A stretch of 64,000 nt of DNA from Eledone cirrhosa (taxonomy: Eukaryota): the NCBI GenBank assembly GCA_964016885.1, contig OZ024745.1:18662001-18726000 (forward strand), given 5' to 3'. The position numbers and the translations under genes are program-made. Below are positions 27,401 to 37,600 of the stretch, in pieces; the first letter of the stretch is position 1, and every line of letters begins with the position of its first letter. The notes below the pieces were generated by a model. That model made no database searches, had not been told where the DNA came from, and worked only from the letters and a program-made list of their open reading frames with translations.

Positions 27401-28100
27401 GTTGTTGTTGGTGGTAGTGTTGTGTTGATGTTTTGTTGGTGATGGTAGTGTTGTGTTGATGTTGTTATTGGTGATGGTAGTGTTGTGTTGATGTTGTTGT
27501 TGGTGGTAGTGTTGTGTTGATGTTGTTGTTGGTGATGGTAGTGTTGTGTTGATGTTGTTGTTGGTGATGGTAGTGTTGTGTTGCTGTTGTTGTTGGTGAT
27601 GGTAGTGTTGTGTTGATGTTGTTGTTGGTGGTAGTGTTGTGTTGATGTTGTTGTTGGTTATGGTAGTGTTGTGTTGATGTTGTTATTGGTGATGGTAGTG
27701 TTGTGTTGATGTTGTTGTTGGTGGTAGTGTTGTGTTGATGTTGTTGTTGGTGATGGTAGTGTTGTGTTGATGTTGTTGTTGGTGATGGTAGTGTTGTGTT
27801 GATGTTGTTGTTGGTGATGGTAGTGTTGTGTTGATGTTGTTGTTGGTGGTAGTGTTGTGTTGATGTTGTTGTTGGTTATGGTAGTGTTGTGTTGATGTTG
27901 TTGTTGGTGATGGTAGTGTTGTGTTGATGTTGTTGTTGATGGTAGTGTTGTGTTGATGTTCTTGTTGGTGATGGTAGTGTTGTGTTGATGTTGTTGTTGG
28001 TGATGGTAGTGTTGTGTTGATGTTGTTGTTGGTGATGGTAGTGTTGTGTTGATGTCGTTGTTGGTGATGGTAGTGGTGTGTTGATGTTGTTGGTGATGGT
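24440..28100. repeat. Duplicate of block ~11200-14860 at 13,238 bp offset
   Basis: Rare variants recur at an identical offset: GTTTATG 11904/25142, TTGTGGTTGG 12061/25299, GATTGTAG 12566/25804, GGTACTG 12718/25956. GTTCTTG 14727/27961 has offset 13,234. Confidence 0.9.
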
Positions 28101-31100
28101 AGTGTTGTGTTGATGTTGTTGTTGGTGATGGTAGTGTTGTGTTGATGTTGTTGTTGGTGATGGTAGTGTTGTGTTGATTTGTTGTTGGTGATGGTAGTGT
28201 TGTGTTGATGTTGTTGTTGGTGATGGTAGTGTTGTGTTGATGTTGTTGTTGGTGATGGTAGTGTTGTGTTGATGTTGTTGTTGGTGATGGTAGTGTTGTG
28301 TTGATGTTGTTGTTGTGATGGTAGTGTTGTGTTGATGTTGTTGTTGGTGATGGTAGTGTTGTGTTGATGTTGTTGTTGGTGATGGTAGTGTTGTGTTGAT
28401 GTTGTTGTTGGTGATGGTAGTGTTGTGTTGATGTTGTTGTTGGTGATGGTAGTGTTGTGTTGATGTTGTTGTTGGTGATGGTAGTGTTGTGTTGATGTTG
28501 TTGTTGGTGATGGTAGTGTTGTGTTGATGTTGTTGTTGGTGATGGTAGTGTTGTGTTATGTTGTTGTTGGTGATGGTAGTGTTGTGTTGATGTTGTTGTT
28601 GGTGATGGTAGTGTTGTGTTGATGTTGTTGTGTGATGGTAGTGTTGTGTTGATGTTGTTGGTGATGGTAGTGTTGTGTGATGTTGTTGTTGATGGTAGTG
28701 TTGTGTTGATGTTGTTGTTGGTGATGGTAGTGTTGTGTTGATGTTGTTGTTGGTGATGGTAGTGTTGTGTTGATGTTGTTGGTGATGGTAGTGTTGTGTT
28801 GATGTTGTTGTTGTGATGGTAGTGTTGTGTTGATGTTGTTGTTGGTGATGGTAGTGTTGTGTTGATGTTGTTGTTGGTGATGGTAGTGTTGTGTTGATGT
28901 TGTTGGTGATGGTGTGTTGTGTTGATGTTGTTGGTGATGGTAGTGTTGTGTTGATGTTGTTGTTGGTGATGGTAGTGGTGTGTTGATGTTGTTGTTGGTG
29001 ATGGTAGTGTTGTGTTGATGTTGTTGTTGTTGATGGTAGTGTTGTGTTAATGTTGTTGTTGGTGATGGTAGTGTTGTGTTGATGTTGTTGTTGGTGATGG
29101 TAGTGTTGTGTTGATGTTGTTGGTGATGGTAGTGTTGTGTTGATGTTGTTGGTGATGGTAGTGTGTGTTGATGTTGTTGTTGATGGTAGTGTGTGTTGAT
29201 GTTGTGTTGGATGGTAGTGTTGTGTTGATGTTGTTGTTGGTGATGGTGTTGTAGTGTTGTGTTGTGTTGGTTGGTGATGGTAGTGTTGTGTTGATGTTGT
29301 TGGTGATGGTAGTGTTGTGTTGATGTTGTTGTTGGTGATGGTAGTGTTGTGTTGATGTTGTTGTTGGTGATGGTAGTGTTGTGTTGATGTTGTTGTTGGT
29401 GATGGTAGTGTTGTGTTGATGTGTTGTTGGTGATGGTAGTGTTGTGTTGATGTTGTTGGTGATGGTAGTGTTGTGTTGATGTTGTTGTTGGTGATGGTAG
29501 TGTTGTGTTGATGTTGTTGTTGGTGATGGTAGTGTTGTGTTGATGTTGTTGTTGGTGATGGTAGTGTTGTGTTGATGTTGTTGTTGGTGATGGTAGTGTT
29601 GTGTTGATGTTGTTGTTGGTGATGGTAGTGTTGTGTTGATGTTGTTGTTGGTGATGGTAGTGTTGTGTTGATGTTGTTGTTGGTGATGGTAGTGTTGTGT
29701 TGATGTGTTGTTGGTGATGGTAGTGTTGTGTTGATGTTGTTGTTGGTGATGGTAGTGTGTGTTGATGTTGTTGTTGGTGATGGTAGTGTTGTGTTGATGT
29801 TGTTGTTGGTGATGGTAGTGTTGTGTTGATGTGTTGTTGGTGATGGTAGTGTGTGTTGATGTTGTTGTTGGTGATGGTAGTGTTGTGTTGATGTTGTTGT
29901 TGTTGGTGATGGTAGTGTTGTGTTGATGTTGTTGTTGGTGATGGTAGTGTTGTGTTGATGTTGTTGTGGTGATGGTAGTGTTGTGTTGATGTTGTTGTTG
30001 TTGATGGTAGTGTTGTGTTGATGTTGTTGTTGGTGATGGTAGTGTTGTGTTAATGTTGTTGTTGGTGATGGTAGTGTTGTGTTGATGTTGTTGTTGGTGA
30101 TGGTAGTGTTGTGTTGATGTTGTTGTTGGTGATGGTAGTGTTGTGTTGATGTTGTTGTTGGTGATGGTAGTGTTGTGTTGATGTTGTTGTGGTGATGGTA
30201 GTGTTGTGTTGATGTTGTTGTTGGTGGTAGTGTTGTGTTGATGTTGTTGTTGGTGATGGTAGTGTTGTGTTGATGTTGTTGTTGGTGATGGTAGTGTTGT
30301 GTTGATGTTGTTGGTGATGGTAGTGTTGTGTTGATGTTGTGTTGGTGGTAGTGTTGTGTTGATGTTGTTGTTGGTGATGGTAGTGTTGTGTTGATGTTGT
30401 TGTTGGTGATGGTAGTGTTGTGTTGATGTTGTTGTTGGTGGTAGTGTTGTGTTGATGTTGTTGTTGGTGATGGTAGTGTTGTGTTGATGTTGTTGTTGGT
30501 GATGGTAGTGTTGTGTTGATGTGTTGTTGGTGATGGTAGTGTTGTGTTGATGTTGTTGTTGGTGGTAGTGTTGTGTTGATGTTGTTGTTGGTGATGGTAG
30601 TGTTGTGTTGATGTTGTTGTTGGTGATGGTAGTGTTGTGTTGATGTTGTTGTTGGTGGTAGTGTTGTGTTGATGTTGTTGTTGGTGATGGTAGTGTTGTG
30701 TGATGTTGTTGTTGGTGATGGTAGTGTTGTGTTGATGTTGTTGTTGGTGATGGTAGTGTTGTGTTGATGTTGTTGTTGGATGGTAGTGTTGTGTTGATGT
30801 TGTTGTTGGTGATGGTAGTGTTGTGTTGATGTTGTTGTTGGTGATGGTAGTGTTGTGTTGATGTTGTTGTTGATGGTAGTGTTGTGTTGATGTTGTTGTT
30901 GGTGATGGTAGTGTTGTGTTGATGTTGTTGTGGTGATGGTAGTGTTGTGTTGATGTTGTTGTTGGTGATGGTAGTGTTGTGTTGATGTGTTGTTGGTGAT
31001 GGTAGTGTTGTGTTGATGTTGTTGGTGATGGTAGTGTTGTGTTGATGTTGTTGTTGGTGATGGTAGTGTTGTGTTGATGTTGTTGTTGGTGATGGTAGTG

Positions 31101-34035
31101 TTGTGTTGATGTTGTTGTTGGTGATGGTAGTGTTGTGTTGATGTTGTTGTTGGTGATGGTAGTGTTGTGTTGATGTTGTTGTTGGTGATGGTAGTGTTGT
31201 GTTGATGTGTTGTTGGTGATGGTAGTGTTGTGTTGATGTTGTTGTTGGTGATGGTAGTGTTGTGTTGATGTTGTTGTTGGTGATGGTAGTGTTGTGTTGA
31301 TGTTGTTGTTGGTGATGGTAGTGGTGTGTTGATGTTGTTGTTGGTGATGGTAGTGTTGTGTTGATGTTGTTGTTGGTGATGGTAGTGTTGTGTTGATGTT
31401 GTTGTTGGTGATGGTAGTGTTGTGTTGATGTTGTTGTTGGTGATGGTAGTGTTGTGTTGATGTTGTTGTTGGTGATGGTAGTGTTGTGTTATGTTGTTGT
31501 TGGTGATGGTAGTGTTGTGTTGATGTTGTTGTTGGTGATGGTAGTGTTGTGTTGATGTTGTTGGTGATGGTAGTGTTGTGTTGATGTTGTTGGTGATGGT
31601 AGTGTTGTGTTGATGTTGTTGTTGGATGGTAGTGTTGTGTTGATGTTGTTGTTGGTGATGGTAGTGTTGTGTTGATGTTGTTGTTGGTGATGGTAGTGTT
31701 GTGTTGATGTTGTTGTTGGTGATGGTAGTGTTGTGTTGATGTTGTTGGTGATGGTAGTGTTGTGTTGATGTTGTTGTTGGTGATGGTAGTGTTGTGTTGA
31801 TGTTGTTGTTGGTGATGGTAGTGTTGTGTTGATGTTGTTGTGGTGATGGTAGTGTTGTGTTGATGTTGTTGGTGATGGTAGTGTTGTGTTGATGTTGTTG
31901 TTGGTGATGGTAGTGTTGTGTTGATGTTGTTGTTGTGATGGTAGTGTTGTGTTGATGTTGTTGTTGGTGATGGTAGTGTTGTGTTGATGTGTTGTTGGTG
32001 ATGGTAGTGTTGTGTTGATGTTGTTGTTGGTGATGGTAGTGTTGTGTTGATGTTGTTGGTGATGGTAGTGTTGTGTTGATGTTGTTGGTGATGGTAGTGT
32101 TGTGTTGATGTTGTTGTGGTGATGGTAGTGTTGTGTTGATGTTGTTGTTGGTGATGGTAGTGTTGTGTTGATGTTGTTGTTGGTGATGGTAGTGTTGTGT
32201 TGATGTTGTTGGTGATGGTAGTGTTGTGTTGATTGTTGTTGGTGATGGTAGTGTTGTGTTGATGTTGTTGTTGTGATGGTAGTGTTGTGTTGATGTTGTT
32301 GTTGGTGATGGTAGTGTTGTGTTGATGTTGTTGGTGATGGGTTGTGTGATGTTGGTGATGAGTGTTGTGTTGATGTTGTTGTTGGTGATGGTAGTGTTGT
32401 GTTGATGTTGTTGTTGGTGATGGTAGTGTTGTGTTGATGTTGTTGTTGGTGATGGTAGTGTTGTGTTGATGTTGTTGTTGGTGATGGTAGTGGTGTGTTG
32501 ATGTTGTTGGTGATGGTAGTGTTGTGTTGATGTTGTTGTTGTGATGGTAGTGTTGTGTTGATGTTGTTGTTGGTGATGGTAGTGTTGTGTTGATGTTGTT
32601 GTTGGTGATGGTAGTGTTGTGTTGATGTTGTTGGTGATGGTAGTGTTGTGTTGATGTTGTTGTTGTGATGGTAGTGTTGTGTTGATGTGTTGTTGGTGAT
32701 GGTAGTGTTGTGTTGATGTTGTTGTTGGTGATGGTAGTGTTGTGTTGATGTTGTTGTTGGTGATGGTAGTGTTGTGTTATGTTGTTGTTGGTGATGGTAG
32801 TGGTGTGTTGATGTTGTTGTTGGTGATGGTAGTGTTGTGTTGATGTTGTTGTTGGTGATGGTAGTGTTGTGTTGATGTTGTTGTTGGTGATGGTAGTGTT
32901 GTGTTGATGTTGTTGTTGGTGATGGTAGTGTTGTGTTGATGTTGTTGTTGGTGATGGTAGTGTTGTGTATGTTGTTGTTGGTGATGGTAGTGTTGTGTTG
33001 ATGTTGTTGTTGGTGATGGTAGTGTTGTGTTGATGTTGTTGTTGGTGATGGTAGTGTTGTGTTGATGTTGTTGTTGGTGATGGTAGTGTTGTGTTGATGT
33101 TGTTGTTGGTGATGGTAGTGGTGTGTTGATGTTGTTGTTGGTGATGGTAGTGTTGTGTGATGTTGTTGTTGGTGATGGTAGTGTTGTGTTGATGTTGTTG
33201 TTGGTGATGGTAGTGTTGTGTTGATGTTGTTGTTGGTGATGGTAGTGTTGTGTTGATGTTGTTGGTGATGGTAGTGTTGTGTTGATGTTGTTGGTGATGG
33301 TAGTGTTGTGTTGATGTTGTTGTTGGATGGTAGTGTTGTGTTGATGTTGTTGTTGGTGATGGTAGTGTTGTGTTGATGTTGTTGTTGGTGATGGTAGTGT
33401 TGTGTTGATGTTGTTGGTGATGGTAGTGTTGTGTTGATGTTGTTGGTGATGGTAGTGTTGTGTTGATGTTGTTGGTGATGGTAGTGTTGTGTGATGTTGT
33501 TGTTGGTGATGGTAGTGTTGTGTTGATGTTGTTGTTGGTGATGGTAGTGTTGTGTTGATGTTGTTGTTGGTGATGGTAGTGTTGTGTTGATGTTGTTGTT
33601 GGTGATGGTAGTGTTGTGTTGATGTTGTGTTGTGATGGTAGTGTTGTGTTGATGTTGTTGTTGTGATGGTAGTGTTGTGTTGATGTTGTTGTTGTGATGG
33701 TAGTGTTGTGTTGATGTTGTTGTTGGTGATGGTAGTGTTGTGTTGATGTTGTTGTTGGTGATGGTAGTGTTGTGTTGATGTTGTTGTTGGTGATGGTAGT
33801 GTTGTGTTATGTTGTTGTTGGTGATGGTAGTGGTGTGTTGATGTTGTTGTTGGTGATGGTAGTGTTGTGTTGATGTTGTTGTTGGTGATGGTAGTGTGTG
33901 TTGATGTTGTTGTTGGTGATGGTAGTGTTGTGTTGATGTTGTTGTTGGTGATGGTAGTGTTGTGTTGATGTTGTTGTTGGTGATGGTAGTGTTGTGTTGA
34001 TGTTGTTGTTGGTGATGGTAGTGTTGTGTTGATGT

Positions 34036-34235
34036 NNNNNNNNNNNNNNNNNNNNNNNNNNNNNNNNNNNNNNNNNNNNNNNNNNNNNNNNNNNNNNNNN
34101 NNNNNNNNNNNNNNNNNNNNNNNNNNNNNNNNNNNNNNNNNNNNNNNNNNNNNNNNNNNNNNNNNNNNNNNNNNNNNNNNNNNNNNNNNNNNNNNNNNNN
34201 NNNNNNNNNNNNNNNNNNNNNNNNNNNNNNNNNNN
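34036..34235. other. Assembly gap (200 N)
   Basis: Exactly 200 consecutive N. A round number typical of a fixed-size scaffolding placeholder, so the true gap length is unknown. Confidence 0.99.
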
Positions 34236-36479
34236 TTGTTGTTGGTGATGGTAGTGTTGTGTTGATGTTGTTGTTGGTGATGGTAGTGTTGTGTTGATGT
34301 TGTTGTTGGTGATGGTAGTGTTGTGTTGATATTGTTGTTGGTGGTAGTGTTGTGTTGATGTTGTTGGTGATGGTAGTGTTGTGTTGATGTTGTTGGTGAT
34401 GGTAGTGTTGTGTTGATGTTGTTGTTGGTGATGGTAGTGTTGGTGTTGATGTTGTTATTGGTGATGTAGTGTTGTGTTGATGTTGTTGTTGGTGGTAGTG
34501 TTGTGTTGATGATGTTGTTGGTGATGGTAGTGTTGTGTTGATGTTGTTGTTGGTGGTAGTGTTGTGTTGATGATGTTGTTGATGATGGTAGTGTTGTGTT
34601 GATGTTGTTGGTGATGGTAGTGGTGTGTTGATGTTGTTGTTGATGGTAGTGTTGTGTTGATGTTGTTGTTTGTTATGGTAGTGTTGTGTTGATGTTGTTG
34701 GTGATGGTAGTGTTGTGTTGATGTTGTTGTTGGTGATGGTAGTGTTGTGTTGATGTTGTTGTTGGTGATGGTAGTGTTGTGTTGATGTTGGTGATGGTAG
34801 TGTTGTGTTGATGTTGTTGTTGGTGATGGTAGTGTTTTGTTGATGTTGTTGTTGGTAGTGTTGTGTTGATGTTGTTGTTGGTGATGGTAGTGTTGTGTTG
34901 ATGTTGTTGGTGACGGTAGTGTTGTGTTGATGTTGTTGGTGATGGAGTGTTGTGTTGAGTTGTTGTTGGTGATGGTAGTGTTGTGTTGATGTTGTTGGTG
35001 ACGGTAGTGTTGTGTTGATGTTGTTGGTGATGGTAGTGTTGTGTTGATGTTGTTGTTGGTGATGTAGTGTTGTGTTGATGTTGTTTTTGGTGATGGTAGT
35101 GTTGTGTTGATGTTGTGTGGTGATGGTAGTGTTGTGTTGATGTTGTTGGTGACGGTTGTGTTGTGTTGTGTGTTGGTTATGGTAATGTTGTGTTGATGTT
35201 GTTGTTGGTGATGGTAGTGTTGTGTTGATGTTGTGTGGTGTGTGGTTGTGTTGTGTTGATGTTGTTGTTGGTGATGGTAGTGTTGTGTGATGTTGTTGTG
35301 TTGATGGTAGTGTTGTGTTGATGTGTTGTTGGTGATGGTAGTGTTGTGTTGAGTGTTGTGTGGTTGGTGGTAGATGTGTGTGTTGTTGGGATGGTTGTGT
35401 TGTTGTTGATGTTGTTGTGTGTGGGATGTTGTGTGTGATGTTGTTGTTGGTGATGTAGTGTTGTGGTGATGTTGTTTGGTGATGGTATTGTTGTGTTGAT
35501 GTTGTTGTTGGTGATGGTAGTGTTGTGTTGAGTGTTGTTGTTGTTGTGTTGTGTTGTAGTTGTTGTTGGTGATGGTGTTGTGTTGATGTTGTTGGTGATG
35601 GTAGTGTTGTGTTGATGTTGTTGGTGATGGTAGTGTTGTGTTGATGTTGTTGGTGATGGTAGTGTTGTGTTGATGTTGTTATGGTGAGTTAGTGTTGTGT
35701 GATGTTGTTGGTGGTAGTGTTGTGTTGATGTTGTTGTGGTGATGGTAGTGTTGTGTTGATGTGTGTTGTGGTGATGGTGTGTTGTGTTGATGTGTTGTTG
35801 GTGATGGTAGTGTTGTGTTGATGTTGTTGGTGATGGTAGTGTTGTGTCGATGTTGTTGTTGATGGTAGTGTTGTCTTGATGTTGCTGGTGATGGTAGTGT
35901 TGTGTTGATGTTGTTGTTGGTGGTGAAAGGTAGTGTTGTGTTGATGTTGTTGTTGTTGATAGTAGTCTTGTGTTGATGTTGTTGTTGGTGATGGAGTGTT
36001 GTGTTGATGTTGTTATGGTGATGGTAGTGTTGTGTTGATGTTGTTGTTGGTGATGGTAGTGTTGTGTTGATGTTGTTGCTGATGGTAGTGTTGTGTTGAT
36101 GTTGTTTTTGATGGTAGTGTTGTTTTGATGTTGTTGGTGATGGTAGTGTTGTGTTGATGTTCTTGGTGATGGTAGTGGTGTGTTGATGTTGTTGTTGGTG
36201 ATGGTAGTGTTGTGTTGATGTTGTTGGTGATGTAGTGTTGTGTTGATGTTGTTGGTGATGGTAGTGCTGTGTTGATGTTGTTATGGTGATGGTAGTGTTT
36301 GTGTGATGTTGTTGTTGGTGGTAGTGTTGTGTTGATGTTGTTGTTGGTGATGGTAGTGTTGTGTTGATATTGTTGTTGGTGATGATAGTGTTGTGTTGAT
36401 GTTGTTGGTGATGGTAGTGTTGTGTTGATGTGGTTGTTGGTGATGGTAGTGTTGTGTTGATGTTGTTGTTGGTGATGGT

Positions 36480-37600
36480 AGTGTTGTGTTGTGTTGTTGT
36501 GTGGTTGTGTTGTGTTGATGTTGTTGTTGGTGATGTTGTTGTGTTGAGTGTTGTGATGTTGTGGTGTGGAGTGTTGTGTTGATGTTGTGGTGTGTTGTGT
36601 TGTGTTGGTGTGTGGTGTGTTGGGTGTGTGTTGGTGTGGGGTGGTGTTGTGGGTGTGTTGTGTTGGTGATGGTTGTGGTGTGGTAGTTGTTGTGTTGTGT
36701 TGTTGGTGATGGTAGTGTGTGTGGTTGTTGTGGTGGTGGTAGTGTTGTTGATGTTGGTGGGTGGAGTGTGTGGTGGTGTGTGGTGGGTGAGTGTTGTTGG
36801 TGTTGTGGTGTTGTTGTGTGGTTGTTGTGGTGGTTGGTGTGTTTGTTGTTGTTGTTGGTGATGGTAGTGTGTGTTGATGTGTGTGTGGTGTTGGTGTGTT
36901 GTGTGGTTGTTGTTGTGGTGTGTTGTTGGTGTGGTGTGTTGTTGTTGGTGTGGTGGTGTGTTGTGTTGATGTTGTTGTTGGTGATGGTAGTGTTGTGTTG
37001 GTGTTGTGTGGTGTGGTGTGTGTGTTGGTGGGGTGTGTGTGTTGTGTTGTTGTTGGTGGTGGGGTGTTGTGTTGTGTGTTGTTGGTGATGGTAGTGTTGT
37101 GTTGTGTTGTTGGTGGTGGTAGTGTTGTGTGTGTTGGTTGGTGTTGGTGGTGTGTTGTTGTGTGATGTGGTGTTGGTGTGGTGTGTTGTGGTGTTGTGGT
37201 GGGGTGTGGTTTTGATGTTGTTGGTGGGGTGTGTTGGTGTTGGTGGTTGTGGTGTGGTTGTTGTGGTGGTGGTGTGTGTTGGTGGTGGTAGTGTTGTGTT
37301 GATGTTGTTGGTGGGTGGTGTGTGTGTGGGGTGGTGTGGTGGTGTTGTGTTGTGTGTGTTGGTGATGGTAGTGTTGTGTTGTGTTGTTGGTGATGGGTGT
37401 TGTGTGTGTTGTTGTGGTGTGTGGTGGTGTTGTGTTGATGTTGTGGTGTGGTAGTGGTGTGTTGATGTTGTTGGTGATGGTAGTGTTGTGTTGGATGTTG
37501 GTTGTGGTGATGGTGTGTGTGGTTGTTGTTGGGGTTGGTGATGGTGGTGGGTGTGTGTGTTGGTGTGTGTGGTAGTGTTGTGTTGATGTTGTTGTTGTGA
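36480..37600. other. Degenerate G/T low-complexity tract, probably low-quality sequence of the same satellite
   Basis: Monomer periodicity collapses, A is depleted and GGG/GGGG runs appear, but intact GGTGATGGTAGTGTTGTG fragments persist. It lies near a contig end between HOR markers that are in the expected order. Confidence 0.8.

Larger units (their letters stand above)
1..34035. repeat. Tandem satellite array (32/29 bp GT-rich monomer), left contig
   Basis: Uninterrupted head-to-tail copies of ATGTTGTTGTTGGTGATGGTAGTGTTGTGTTG (first copy 1-32, next ATG at 33), with 29 bp variants lacking one triplet. No unique sequence. Runs off the left window edge and ends at the N run. Confidence 0.99.

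Noticed and set aside
34026-34265. 79 aa ORF
   Set aside because: Consists almost entirely of X from the N gap.
36673-37575. Five overlapping Val/Cys/Gly/Trp-rich plus-strand ORFs
   Set aside because: They are open only because A loss in the degenerate G/T tract removes stop codons. They overlap in different frames and their composition is dictated by G/T-only codons.
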